From positions 239,272 to 303,271 of the forward strand of contig CAZKRD010000001.1 of NCBI GenBank assembly GCA_964555185.1: a DNA stretch of 64,000 nucleotides, given 5' to 3'. The DNA comes from an uncultured Candidatus Saccharibacteria bacterium. GTDB taxonomy: Bacteria; Patescibacteriota; JAQUNI01. The notes under the pieces are model-generated. The model searched no databases. It had not been told where the DNA came from and saw nothing but the letters and a program-made list of their open reading frames with translations. Of this stretch, positions 16,961-27,045 are shown piece by piece (position 1 is the stretch's first letter; the number at the start of each line of letters is the position of its first letter). Position numbers and translations under genes: made by a program.

Positions 16961-19261
16961 TTATTCCCCTTTATTTTCAATCTCCCAGATGTTTTTGTCA
17001 GCAAGAATATAGAGCAAGGTCTCGCCAGGATTGACCCAGATGTCTTTTAAGTTTTCAAACTTATCGGAAACAAATTGGTTAACCAGTCTGTTTTCCTCTT
17101 TATCTAAAACAATGACTCGTTTGTTGGGAGGATCAAGGATATAGAGATATTTGTATCCGGTTTTGGTGAAAATTTTATTCGGGCTTACAAGTGGCGGAGC
17201 CAAATCAGGATCAGGGAATTCAGCCGGTCTGCCTCCGCGGAATTTTAATATTTTGCCGTTAGCAGTCAAAACATAGATGTCGCTGTCAATAGAGAAGGAG
17301 ACGCCGTCTTGAATGTCGCCCTCGCGAAGCCACTCCGCGCCCTTAGACAATCCGGATATGCTCCGTCCGTATTTGACGATTTGATTCTGCTCTGGATTTA
17401 GGGTGTAAATTTTTTTAGCGTAATAAGCAAGGTCGCGGATTGAGTTCGGGCTTAAAGAGGAAGGGGCGTCAATTTTTTCAATCTTAAAAGCCTCAATGTC
17501 AAAGAGAGCGAATTCGTTGTCTTGATTGGTAAAGATAATGTTTTTCCCTTCATCAATTTCAGAAGCCAGGGCCAGGTGTCCGATATTGGCGAAGTTGGGG
17601 GAGACCTGAATGGTCTCTTGTTTTTCCGGATCAAGCCGCAGAATAGTATTGTTTTCTGAACAAAGGGTATAGATTTGACTGCCAAGACCAACCAGTTTCA
17701 AAGGAGTAAGATTGGGGTTTATTTTGGCGATATTGGTTAAGAGAAGGGGGTCAGAAATCCGGGTTACTTTGTTGATCGTGTCGAACTGGTCTCGGATCTC
17801 TGCTTGCAGACCTTGGACTTGCTCGCGATGGGTTTCTGAACCCAAGACTTGGCCTAAGAGATTGTCTACCTCTTCTAGAATCTCTCGCGCCTTGTTTTCA
17901 TCTTTATAAATCATTGCGTCCAAGGCCTGCCTTCTTTTGCTTTCTGCCTGTTCCAAGACTTCTTCGTGGCTTCTGGCGACATCTTTGGTTTTTGTTTTGT
18001 TCCTGGCAAGGAAAGCGAGACTGAAAATCAGGACAAGGATAATGACTGGCAGGGTCGTGAAAACTATTTTGCGCCTTAAATTGAGGTTTTGGAAACGGCG
18101 GGCCAGTGCCAGGGGAATGGCGGGTACTGCGGCGAGCTTGGAGATGATAACATTTTTCTTGGCTGGTTTTGCTTCTACAATTTCAGTCCCGACCTGTTTT
18201 TTTTGTCTTTTTCTCCGGAGGGCTAAATAAATTTTCTTTGATAAGATCGCAATTTGATTCGCTGTCTTCCTGACATTAAGATAGAGGATGGCTAAAGTTT
18301 TTTTAAACAAGGGCCAGCCGTGCTTGAAGGAATATTTTAGAATCATTTTGCCGCCGCGCAGCAACAGAAGACAGGCGTTTTTTGTTCCATAAAGAAAGTT
18401 GTAGGGAAATTTTTTACCACGCCTGGCCCGGAGTCTCCTTTGAATTGCTTCTTCTTCCTGAATTCTTTCTGGTGTTTTTACCTCTTCCACTTCCGAGGCT
18501 TCTAGTATTTCTTCGGGAAACTTTTCTATCCTTTCCATTTTTGGAAAGGCGGGGGATACTTTTTTTTGTTTTCCACTTGGATCCACGGCCAAGAGGATGG
18601 TTCCCACAGTTTCTTTGTCGCCTATCTGTTCAGAGATCAACTTTTGAATATGGGTTTTGGCTTCTTGGATTTTTTTTTGTTCCAGGATTTGAACGAGTTT
18701 TTCAGGCGAGAAGAATTCAAGCAGGCTCTCGGTGGCAAGAATCAGATAATCATTGGATTTCAATTTGCCCGAGGTGAGGCCGATAAAGGTTTTTTGAGGC
18801 TGGGACGGTTTTTCAAGATCAAGATCAGGACTAATAAAATGAGCCTCTCCGTTCCGGATCAGGATTGACGAGACTTTTCCGGTTTGGGTTAGGATCAAAT
18901 TTTTGTTGTAAAGGCAGGCGATCACCGCGTGCAGTTTATTAACCCAATCTATCTTGCCCAGAGTCGCCAGTTCTTTTAGGACTTGATTGACTTTGATCAG
19001 ACTGCTTTCTAAGCTTTCCTCCACTTCTCTTTTGGGATCGCTGTAGAATTCGCTTTTGGCAATTTCCACTATGCCGCGCAGGACTTCTTGGTTTTCTTTG
19101 GTCTCCTGATCAATCTTAACAAGGAGGATTAGCTGGCCTAATGACTTTTTGTCTTTCTCCGGTTCAAAAACAAAACTCTGACAAAGAGTTTTTTCTGTTT
19201 TTAGGGTGGGCAGTAAAAGGAGTTTGACATTTTCGCTGGCGAGGCCTTGTTTCCCCAACAT
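16961..19261 (-). CDS. Membrane protein: degenerate PPM-phosphatase-like N-domain, TM, beta-propeller-like C-domain
   Basis: 766 aa; SGKL..DYLILAT PPM-like segment; central TM; repeated IYVL/LYILD blades. Confidence 0.6.
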   Translation of the reverse strand: MLGKQGLASENVKLLLLPTLKTEKTLCQSFVFEPEKDKKSLGQLILLVKIDQETKENQEVLRGIVEIAKSEFYSDPKREVEESLESSLIKVNQVLKELATLGKIDWVNKLHAVIACLYNKNLILTQTGKVSSILIRNGEAHFISPDLDLEKPSQPQKTFIGLTSGKLKSNDYLILATESLLEFFSPEKLVQILEQKKIQEAKTHIQKLISEQIGDKETVGTILLAVDPSGKQKKVSPAFPKMERIEKFPEEILEASEVEEVKTPERIQEEEAIQRRLRARRGKKFPYNFLYGTKNACLLLLRGGKMILKYSFKHGWPLFKKTLAILYLNVRKTANQIAILSKKIYLALRRKRQKKQVGTEIVEAKPAKKNVIISKLAAVPAIPLALARRFQNLNLRRKIVFTTLPVIILVLIFSLAFLARNKTKTKDVARSHEEVLEQAESKRRQALDAMIYKDENKAREILEEVDNLLGQVLGSETHREQVQGLQAEIRDQFDTINKVTRISDPLLLTNIAKINPNLTPLKLVGLGSQIYTLCSENNTILRLDPEKQETIQVSPNFANIGHLALASEIDEGKNIIFTNQDNEFALFDIEAFKIEKIDAPSSLSPNSIRDLAYYAKKIYTLNPEQNQIVKYGRSISGLSKGAEWLREGDIQDGVSFSIDSDIYVLTANGKILKFRGGRPAEFPDPDLAPPLVSPNKIFTKTGYKYLYILDPPNKRVIVLDKEENRLVNQFVSDKFENLKDIWVNPGETLLYILADKNIWEIENKGE

Positions 19262-19493
19262 AGATCTTCTCCTTGGAAATTATTTTTTATTACCTCTATT
19301 ATAGTATTGTTCAAAATTAGATGCAAGACAAAAAACGAAAAAGAGAAACGAGATTTTTTTAGTTCTATTTTGTATTTTAATTTGTATGTGTTATAATAAT
19401 AATAAGCGAACAACTAATTTGTTCAAGGAGGGACGAAAATAAGCCCCACAAAATCTGCGATTTTGTGGGGGCCCCGAAGTAAAATCCAAAAGA

Positions 19494-20084
19494 ATGCTTG
19501 AGCAACTGTTTTCTTCAAAAGTGAGAGTGAAGCTATTAGCTCTTTTTTTGGCAGGCAAGCCTCAATCCTATTATGTGCGGGAATTAACTAGACGCTTGGA
19601 TGAGCGGATAAATTCTATTAGGATGGAACTTGCTAATCTGGAGAGACTTGGTCTCTTGGAGAGTCGAATGGTGAAAAGGAAAAAATATTATTATCCAGAT
19701 ACTAAATTTAAGCTTTTTCCCGAGTTAAAACGCCTCATTTTCAAGGCGGGTCTAGAAGGCAGCAAGCTGGCGCGAGACATCGAGAATCTCTCCGGCGTGA
19801 AGTTCGCCTGTCTCTCGGGCAAGTTCATTAGCTTTGACAAATCGCCGGTTGATTTGTTTGTTGTCGGCAGGGTAAATAAGCGGGTGATGGACAGAATCAT
19901 TAAGAAAATGGAAACCGGGCTTGGCGAGGAAGTGGATTATGCGGTAATGCCCCTTTCTGAATTTCTTTATCGCCAAGAGATGCATGACCGTTTTGTTGAT
20001 GATATTTTAAAAAGTGATTATTTGGTTCTGGTGGACCGCCTCGGCAAGCGCAAGCCCGCGACTTTAGATTGGGGGAGATTATAA
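19494..20084 (+). CDS. Winged-helix regulator with nucleotidyltransferase-like C-domain
   Basis: LFSSKVRVKLL, YYVRELTR..ERINSIR.EL.NL; SG..VDLFVVG. Confidence 0.7.
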   Translation: MLEQLFSSKVRVKLLALFLAGKPQSYYVRELTRRLDERINSIRMELANLERLGLLESRMVKRKKYYYPDTKFKLFPELKRLIFKAGLEGSKLARDIENLSGVKFACLSGKFISFDKSPVDLFVVGRVNKRVMDRIIKKMETGLGEEVDYAVMPLSEFLYRQEMHDRFVDDILKSDYLVLVDRLGKRKPATLDWGRL

Positions 20085-20103
20085 TTTTTGGTTTTTAATT
20101 CTT

Positions 20104-20353
20104 AATGGTTCGACTATGCTCACCACCCTGAGCTTGCCGAAGGGTTTACTAATCAATTTTCAATTTTCAAGTACCAATTTTCAATCAATTTTCAATAACC
20201 AATGACTAAATGTTCAAACTGTTTGAAAATTAAATCTATTTGAAAATTGGGATTTGATTGAACATTGGTCCTTGTAAATTGGTAATTCAAACAATATTTT
20301 CAAGTACCAATGGTTCGACTATGCTCACCACCTTGAGCTTGCCGAAGGGTTTA
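20104..20353. repeat. Two copies of AATGGTTCGACTATGCTCACCACCYTGAGCTTGCCGAAGGG flanking TCAATTTTCAA/TTGAAAATT low-complexity inverted repeats
   Basis: Direct repeats at 20104-20147 and 20309-20353; partial relative at about 70-85. Confidence 0.75.
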
Positions 20354-20465
20354 TATTTAACTTTTTAATTCTTTAATTTTTTAAATTAGATCAGGCGAAA
20401 TTTTTCAAGAATTCAGATAGAAGTTTTTTAAGAGCTAAGAAATAAAAATTAAAAATTGAGAGAAT

Positions 20466-21131
20466 ATGATTAGTCTTCAGAATGTATCTAAAACTTACCG
20501 TATGGGCGGGGAGGATATTTTTGCTTTAAGCGGAATCAACCTGGATATCGGGGCGGGGGAGTTTATTGCAATTGCCGGACCGTCGGGTTCTGGCAAATCC
20601 ACTCTCCTCAATATCATTGGGGGTTTGGATCGGCCAACAGAAGGTGAGATTTCTGTTGAGGGGAATCGTTTAGATACTCTTTCCGACTGTGCAATTTCAG
20701 AGTACCGCAACCAGAGTGTCGGTTTTATTTTTCAGATATTTAATTTAGAGCCTTCTTTTTCCGCTTTGGATAATGTCGCTTTGCCTTTGCTGTTTTCAGG
20801 TGTAAAGAGGAGGGAGCGGCAGAGGATTGCCAAGGACTTATTAGCCTGGGTCGGTCTTTCCGATCGGATCCGTCATAGGCCTTCCGAGCTCTCTGGAGGC
20901 CAGCGTCAGCGAGTGGCGATTGCCCGCGCCCTGGTTAATCGTCCCCGGATCATTTTAGCTGATGAGCCGACCGGCAACTTAGATTCAGCGACCAGCCAGT
21001 ACATCTTAGAAATTCTAACGGGGATCAATAAGCAATTGGGCGTCAATTTGCTTTTGGTTACTCATGATCTGGAAGCGGCGAGGATCGCTGATCAGGTTTA
21101 TCAATTGCAAGACGGCCGATTATTAATATGA
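20466..21131 (+). CDS. ABC transporter ATP-binding protein (MacB/LolD family)
   Basis: GPSGSGKS, LSGGQRQRV, LADEPTGNLD, VTHD. Confidence 0.93.
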   Translation: MISLQNVSKTYRMGGEDIFALSGINLDIGAGEFIAIAGPSGSGKSTLLNIIGGLDRPTEGEISVEGNRLDTLSDCAISEYRNQSVGFIFQIFNLEPSFSALDNVALPLLFSGVKRRERQRIAKDLLAWVGLSDRIRHRPSELSGGQRQRVAIARALVNRPRIILADEPTGNLDSATSQYILEILTGINKQLGVNLLLVTHDLEAARIADQVYQLQDGRLLI

Positions 21132-22303
21132 AAACAAAGTTTGCCATTGCTGTTGCTTTTAAGAACTTAGGCCGCCATAAACTGCGGACCGCTCTTACGA
21201 TCTGCGCGGTCGTGGTTGGCACGACTTTGGTTAGTTCAATGGTTTCTTTGGGTGTGGGCTTGCAGAAACTGGTGGTTGAAGGTTTGAAAGGAGTGGGTGA
21301 GCTGACTGATATCAATGTTTATCAAAAGGAAGAGAACGAGGATTTGAATGCCGAGACGATCGCCAAGATCGAAGAGATCTCCGGAGTGGAAAGCGTGGAC
21401 CCGATGATTACGTTAATTGCCGATTCTGTTTCCTTGAGCGGTTTTGGCAAACAAGGCGGCCGGACCTTGGTCACGGCCGTGCCTTTTAGCAGTACGGACG
21501 ACTTTAAGCTCTTGGCCGGCACGGGTTTTAGCCAGAATGATATCGAGGTCGCTGTCGCCGGAGAGGACTTTATCGAAGAATTTTCTCAAGATTACCCCCA
21601 AACCTTTATTGGCAAATTTGTGAATTTAAGTTTTGGCGAGAAGGACATCGCGGTTAAGATTGTCGGTGTAGCCGAGTCAGAGAATATCTGGGGTTATGGT
21701 CTTTTTGTTCCATTATTTTTGGTTAGTCAAATAAGAAAACAAGTCAACTATGATAGCCTAAGAATCAAAGCAGAGTCAGTCAAGAGAGTAGCCGGAATCA
21801 GTAAACAGATTGAAGATATGGGGCTGGAGGCGGTGACCCTAGACGGTTTAGTCAGTCAGGTTACTAAATATTTTAGAATCCTGGAACTCGCCTTAGGCAG
21901 TTTTGGTATTATTATTATCGGCGTTGCCGCGTTGGGCGTGATCAATACAATGATTATGGCGATTTTGGAGCGGACCCGCGGGATCGGGGTGATGCGGGCG
22001 GTCGGCGCTTCCAAGCGCGACATTATCAAGATGTTCAGTTTTGAAGCGGGCGCGATTGGTTTTATCGGCGGGGTTTTGGGCGTGTTTTGCGGGTTTGCGA
22101 TCACGCGAGCTTTGAGTTTTTTTATTGACAGCTATCTTGCCGGTCAGAATGTTTTGGTTGGCGATCTTAATTTATTTGTGATGCCTTGGTGGCTGATTTT
22201 GGGTTTGATTTCATTCGCTACTTTGATGGGTTTATGCTCTGGTCTTTATCCAGCCTTCCGCGCGGCGCGATTAGACCCAGTAGAAGCATTAAGGCATGAG
22301 TAA
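21128..22303 (+). CDS. ABC transporter permease (MacB/FtsX family)
   Basis: KLRTALT, NTMIMAILERT, YPAFRAARLDPVEALRHE. Confidence 0.92.
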   Translation: MKTKFAIAVAFKNLGRHKLRTALTICAVVVGTTLVSSMVSLGVGLQKLVVEGLKGVGELTDINVYQKEENEDLNAETIAKIEEISGVESVDPMITLIADSVSLSGFGKQGGRTLVTAVPFSSTDDFKLLAGTGFSQNDIEVAVAGEDFIEEFSQDYPQTFIGKFVNLSFGEKDIAVKIVGVAESENIWGYGLFVPLFLVSQIRKQVNYDSLRIKAESVKRVAGISKQIEDMGLEAVTLDGLVSQVTKYFRILELALGSFGIIIIGVAALGVINTMIMAILERTRGIGVMRAVGASKRDIIKMFSFEAGAIGFIGGVLGVFCGFAITRALSFFIDSYLAGQNVLVGDLNLFVMPWWLILGLISFATLMGLCSGLYPAFRAARLDPVEALRHE

Positions 22304-22399
22304 AAAGCATTTTTAGAAAAACAGGCGAGTGTTTTTTGAAAAGCCTGTTATTTTTTTGGCTTACTTAAGCCGACAATTGTGATTTTAGTAGTAAGATTC

Positions 22400-22732
22400 T
22401 TGACATATTTTTGTGTTTATGCTATAATGCGATGTTTTAGAAATAACAGGAATTTGTTTCTAAATCCGATTGGAGCAGGCTTTATAAATATGTTCATTTT
22501 AACTGCTCCAATCAGGTTTGGGAGGAATCTCAACAGGAAGAATATAGTTTATAAATAGTATATACAACTCTCCATATCCTATCTTTCCCGAACCCATCTC
22601 TGAAAAACCAGCAGGAGATGGTTTCGGGAGGAGATAATAATGTCTTCTCTGGATGTGGAGACGAAAGAAGCGCGAATGATGACAAATTTCATTCGCGTCC
22701 CCACATCCGTCCTTTCCCGAGTCTATTTTTTT
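22400..22732 (+). ncRNA. Orphan ~300-nt structured RNA with consensus promoter
   Basis: TTGACA-17-TATAAT (22400-22428); long hairpins at 22466-22516, 22580-22636 and 22651-22708; ends in a T7 run; no + strand ORF of 60 aa or more. Confidence 0.55.
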
Positions 22733-22739
22733 ACCCATT

Positions 22740-22773
22740 GTCATTGCGAGGAGCGGAGCGATGAAGCAATCTC
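22740..22773. repeat. Half copy of the GTCATTGCGAG REP-like element
   Basis: GTCATTGCGAGGAGCGGAGCGATGAAGCAATCTC. Confidence 0.65.
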
Positions 22774-22956
22774 CTTAGAGGCCGTTCGATCTCCAGGAAG
22801 CTCTGCGTAATCTCCCCTGAGATTTCCTTGTGGGCAATCCTTTCATTTTTAGATGATTGTGATTGCCCCTGTCTCCAAGCTCATTATTTAATGAGTTTAG
22901 AAACAGGAAAATTTTTAAAGAAAGAACTTGTCCCGCGCATGGGGCAATTTTTTATT

Positions 22957-23114
22957 TGTGGATAACTTTTTTATCTCTCATTACTATTCCCTTAAACAAG
23001 CCAAAAGATATAATGGTTGACAATGGTTTCCTCAAACACAAAAATGGTGTATAATATCTTTGTAGTGGACAGTTGTGGATGAAAGTGGGGATAATCAAGC
23101 CTGAATGTGGATAA
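22957..23114 (+). promoter_or_regulatory. mraZ promoter region: MraZ boxes and DnaA boxes
   Basis: GTGG at 23065, 23075 and 23085 (10-bp phasing); TGTGGATAA at 22957 and 23106. Confidence 0.65.
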
Positions 23115-23195
23115 AATAGACAACAATAAAAATTAACTATAGGGGGAGATCTCAAAAAATAGGGGCTTTCGCTTTTTGAGATCCGTATCTTTACA

Positions 23196-23627
23196 ATGTT
23201 TATTGGCGAGTACAGCCATAGTTTAGATTTCAAGGGCCGGATCGCCGTGCCTGCTCGGTTTCGCAAACGGTTATCTTCTGGCGCTGTGGTGACGCGGGGC
23301 TTGGATAATTGTCTTTTCTTGTATCCTAAAGCCGAGTGGTTGAAGCTGGCGGAGAAGCTCTCTAACCTGCCGATCAGTCAGGCAAAGTCCCGGGCTTTTG
23401 CGCGGTTGATGCTTGCCGGCGCGATGGATGCTTCAATTGATAAGCAGGGCCGGATTTTGATCCCAGAGTATTTGCGCCGCTATGCCCGCCTTAAGAGACA
23501 AACCGTGATCGCTGGATTATTCAATCGTCTTGAGATTTGGGATCAGGAGACTTGGAATAAATATAAAGCAGTGACCGAGAAGGATGCTGGTAAAATCGCG
23601 GAGGCGATGGGAGAATTGGGAATATAA
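23196..23627 (+). CDS. mraZ: Division/cell-wall cluster repressor MraZ
   Basis: MFIGEYSHSLD.KGR, DKQGRILIP, RLEIWD. Confidence 0.96.
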   Translation: MFIGEYSHSLDFKGRIAVPARFRKRLSSGAVVTRGLDNCLFLYPKAEWLKLAEKLSNLPISQAKSRAFARLMLAGAMDASIDKQGRILIPEYLRRYARLKRQTVIAGLFNRLEIWDQETWNKYKAVTEKDAGKIAEAMGELGI

Positions 23628-23645
23628 ATTAGTTCAAAATTTAAA

Positions 23646-24605
23646 GTGCAAAGTTCAAAGTTTAATAAAACAGAATCGGTTCACATTCCAGTTCTACTTC
23701 CGGAAGTAATTAAATATTTAGATCCTAAAACCAATCAAAACTTCATTGACTGTACCATAGGGGGAGCGGGGCATTCTGAAGAGATTTTAAAAAGGAATGG
23801 CCCGCAAGGCAAGCTTCTCGGGATTGAGTTAGATCCAGAAGCCTTGCGTCTTGCCACAGGGAAGCTTAAGCCGTTTGGCAAGCGCGTAACTTTAGCCCGA
23901 GATAATTTTGTCAATTTAAAAGAGATTGCTGCGCGTTGCGGTTTCGATGATGTTTCCGGTGTGCTTTTGGATTTGGGGATGTCCAGTATTGAATTGGAGA
24001 GATCAGATCGCGGTTTTTCCTTTTCAGGTTCTGAACCATTGGATATGCGTTTTGATCCGCGAGAGCCCCTGAAGGCTTCGGGCATTGTGAACAGTTATTC
24101 AGAATCTGAACTTCACAGAATCTTTCGTGATTTTGGTGAAGAGCCCAGAGCCGGGCAGATTGCGCGGGCGATTGTTGCAGGGCGCAGAAAGAAGAGAATC
24201 AAAACAACAAAAGATCTGGTTAAAATCATTTCAAGCTTGCAGGGGAAAATAAAGAATAAGCATCCAGCCACTAAAATTTTTCAGGCTTTGAGAATCGCTG
24301 TCAATCGCGAACTAGATAACCTGCGGAAAGTCCTCCCACAGGTTTTAGAAATTTTGGAGCCAGGGGGTCGGATCCTCGTTATATCCTTCCACTCTCTAGA
24401 AGATCGGATCGTGAAAGAATTTTTCAAAAGAGAAGCTAGAGACTGCATTTGCCCGCCAGAATTGCCCCAGTGTCTGTGTCAACATTCTTCTCAAATTAAG
24501 ATATTAACTCCTAAACCAATCAAACCGACAAAAAGCGAAATTGAAAAAAATCGCCGCTGCCGGAGCGCGTGTCTCCGAGCAGCAGTTAAAAAAACTGCAA
24601 ACTGA
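23646..24605 (+). CDS. rsmH: 16S rRNA m4C1402 methyltransferase
   Basis: HIPVLL, DCTIGGAGHS, DLGMSS, LDMRFD, FQALRIAVN, SFHSLEDR. Confidence 0.95.
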   Translation: MQSSKFNKTESVHIPVLLPEVIKYLDPKTNQNFIDCTIGGAGHSEEILKRNGPQGKLLGIELDPEALRLATGKLKPFGKRVTLARDNFVNLKEIAARCGFDDVSGVLLDLGMSSIELERSDRGFSFSGSEPLDMRFDPREPLKASGIVNSYSESELHRIFRDFGEEPRAGQIARAIVAGRRKKRIKTTKDLVKIISSLQGKIKNKHPATKIFQALRIAVNRELDNLRKVLPQVLEILEPGGRILVISFHSLEDRIVKEFFKREARDCICPPELPQCLCQHSSQIKILTPKPIKPTKSEIEKNRRCRSACLRAAVKKTAN

Positions 24606-24654
24606 TTTTGTTCTCTAAATTTTCGAGGACCAGGGGGTCAGTTAGCGAGTAAGT

Positions 24655-25023
24655 ATGGCGCGTTTCTTAACCCTCACCTTTCGGGGGACAATCGCCCGGG
24701 GCAAGAGGGGAAGGACAATCAGAAGAAGAGTCAAGATGGGGCCAGTGAGTTTGTGTTTTGTAACAGTTATTCTTTTGTGTTTTGTCAGTCTTTTTTATCT
24801 CGCCCAGTCTAATCAGACTGCAACCAAGGGTTATGAGATTAGAGAGCTAGAAGATAAACTAGACGGCTTGCAGGAAGCAAACAAGAAGTTGGAATTGGAG
24901 GCAGCCGGGCTGCAATCGGTAAAAAATATTGAGGCGGCGGCAGGACACCTTAATATGATTCCGATCGAAAAGATTTTCTATATTACTCCGACAGGCACGG
25001 TTGTCGCCTTACAGAAGAATTAG
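24655..25023 (+). CDS. ftsL: FtsL-like cell division protein
   Basis: Basic N-terminus, TM, coiled coil; sits between rsmH and the PBP gene. Confidence 0.65.
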   Translation: MARFLTLTFRGTIARGKRGRTIRRRVKMGPVSLCFVTVILLCFVSLFYLAQSNQTATKGYEIRELEDKLDGLQEANKKLELEAAGLQSVKNIEAAAGHLNMIPIEKIFYITPTGTVVALQKN

Positions 25024-26857
25024 CGCGATTTCAATTAAAATTCCAAAAGAGGACTTGAGCAGCACTAAATTCGGGCTCAAGTTTTGTTTAACAGTTAAAA
25101 AATTGGTTGTCAGAAGAAAGAAAAAACAAAAGCGGGATTTCCGCATAGATGTTTTAATTGCGGTAAATTTTGTGGTTGCTTTTTTAATTGTTTATCGTCT
25201 GTTTGTGGTCCAGGTGATAAACTATGATTTCTATACAGCTCTGGCCCAAAACCAGCACGAGGTCTTGACCGAGCTTATCCCCGAACGGGGTCAGATTTTT
25301 GCCCGGGATAAGTATTCAGAAGATCTTTATCCTTTAGCTTCTAATCAGAAATTAAATATTGTTTATGCCGTGCCCAATCAGATTCAAGACGAAGAAGAGA
25401 CAGCGAGAAAGTTGGCCGAGATTTTAGAGATGGATCAAGAGGAGATTTTGGCAAGGATCCAAAAAGAAAATGATCTTTATGAGCCTTTAAAGAATAAAGT
25501 TACAGACGAGAAGACAGAGCAAATTTTGGAAGCGGATCTGCCTGGGATCGGAATCACGCCGGAATCCTGGCGAATTTATCCCGAGGGGAATCTTGCTTCG
25601 CATATTTTGGGTTTTGTCGGTTATGTTGACAAGAAGAGACAGGGCCGCTACGGAGTAGAGGGGTTTTACGAGGAGGGTTTGGTGGGTGAGGCTGGTTTCC
25701 TGGAAGCGGAAAAAGACGTTGCTGGCCGCTGGATTTCAATCGGCAAGAAAGAAATAAAGCCGGCCCGAGATGGTGATGACTTGATCCTGACGATTGACCG
25801 GGCAATCCAGTACAAGGTGGAAGCGAAACTTTTAGAGGCGGTGGAAAAATGGGGAGCTGATTCCGGTTCAATTATTATTATGGATCCCCAAACCGGAGGG
25901 ATTTTGGCTCTGGCTAATTATCCGAACTATGACAATAATCAGTATTCTCGGGTGCCTGATATTGATATTTTTAACAACGCCGCAATTTTTGATCGTTATG
26001 AACCGGGCTCGGCCTTCAAGCCTGTTTGTATGGCGATTGCTTTGGACGAGGAAGTAGTCAGTCCCAACACAACTTACACGGACCTAGGATCGGTTAATGT
26101 TGGGGGCTACACGATTCACAATTATGACTACAAGACCTATGGCGTCCAGACAATGACCAATGTTTTAGAAAAGTCAATCAATACAGGCATGGTTTTTGTG
26201 AATGAGCATTTAGGCGCGGACAGGCTTTATAACGGATTAGTGAAGTTTGGGTTCAACGATTTAACCGGTATTGACTTAGATTCAGAGGCGGCAACCGAAT
26301 TAAAGTTGCCGAAAACTTGGCGCTCTTCCAATTTAGCGACGATTGGTTACGGTCAGGGCATCGCGGTTACGCCGATTAAGCTTGTTACCGCATTTTCCAC
26401 GATCGCGAATCAGGGCAATTTGATGGTGCCCCGCGTGGTTTCTGAAATAATTCATCACAACGAAGATGGAAGTGAAACTTATGAAAAAGTAGAGCCCAAG
26501 GTCGTGCGCCAGGTAGTGAAACCCTCTGTTGCTGCCACGCTCTCGGCAATGCTGGTTTCAGCAGTCGAAAATGGTTTTGCCAAGACCGGGAGGGTGCCGG
26601 GTTATCATCTAGCCGGCAAGACCGGAACCGCCCAAATCCCCCTAAAAGAGGAAAGGGGCTACGACCCGGACAAGGTAATCACTTCTTTTATTGGTTACGG
26701 TCCGATTGAAGATCCGCGCTTTGTGATTTTGGTTAAGCTTGATAATCCCAAATCAAGCGGAGACTACCGCGTTGTCGGCGCGAACACAGCCGGCCCGGTG
26801 TTTCGCGAACTTGCGCAGTTCTTGGTGAATTATTATCAGATCCCGCCGGCGGAATAA
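25001..26857 (+). CDS. ftsI: Class B penicillin-binding protein (FtsI); true start probably a little downstream
   Basis: ERGQI, EPGSAFK (SxxK), SIN, KTGT motifs; dcw context. Confidence 0.88.
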   Translation: MSPYRRISAISIKIPKEDLSSTKFGLKFCLTVKKLVVRRKKKQKRDFRIDVLIAVNFVVAFLIVYRLFVVQVINYDFYTALAQNQHEVLTELIPERGQIFARDKYSEDLYPLASNQKLNIVYAVPNQIQDEEETARKLAEILEMDQEEILARIQKENDLYEPLKNKVTDEKTEQILEADLPGIGITPESWRIYPEGNLASHILGFVGYVDKKRQGRYGVEGFYEEGLVGEAGFLEAEKDVAGRWISIGKKEIKPARDGDDLILTIDRAIQYKVEAKLLEAVEKWGADSGSIIIMDPQTGGILALANYPNYDNNQYSRVPDIDIFNNAAIFDRYEPGSAFKPVCMAIALDEEVVSPNTTYTDLGSVNVGGYTIHNYDYKTYGVQTMTNVLEKSINTGMVFVNEHLGADRLYNGLVKFGFNDLTGIDLDSEAATELKLPKTWRSSNLATIGYGQGIAVTPIKLVTAFSTIANQGNLMVPRVVSEIIHHNEDGSETYEKVEPKVVRQVVKPSVAATLSAMLVSAVENGFAKTGRVPGYHLAGKTGTAQIPLKEERGYDPDKVITSFIGYGPIEDPRFVILVKLDNPKSSGDYRVVGANTAGPVFRELAQFLVNYYQIPPAE

Positions 26858-27045
26858 AGATCAACCTTCGAGTCCTGAGCCTCAGGTCGAGGGAAAATCA
26901 AAGATCAAATTTCAAAAATACCCTGCCTATTACCTGCCTACCGGCAGGCAGATTGAAGATTAAAGACACTGGAGCAACAGACGAAAGTCTGTTATTTAAT
27001 TTTGCGTTTTGGACTTTAATCTTATATAATATATATATCAAGTTT

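Noticed and set aside
22499-22744. 81-aa - strand ORF
   Set aside because: Starts inside a REP-like element, has no SD or promoter, and lies opposite a strongly promoted structured region
22900-23190. Replication origin
   Set aside because: Only 2-3 DnaA boxes, no dnaA nearby, and the site is explained as the mraZ promoter
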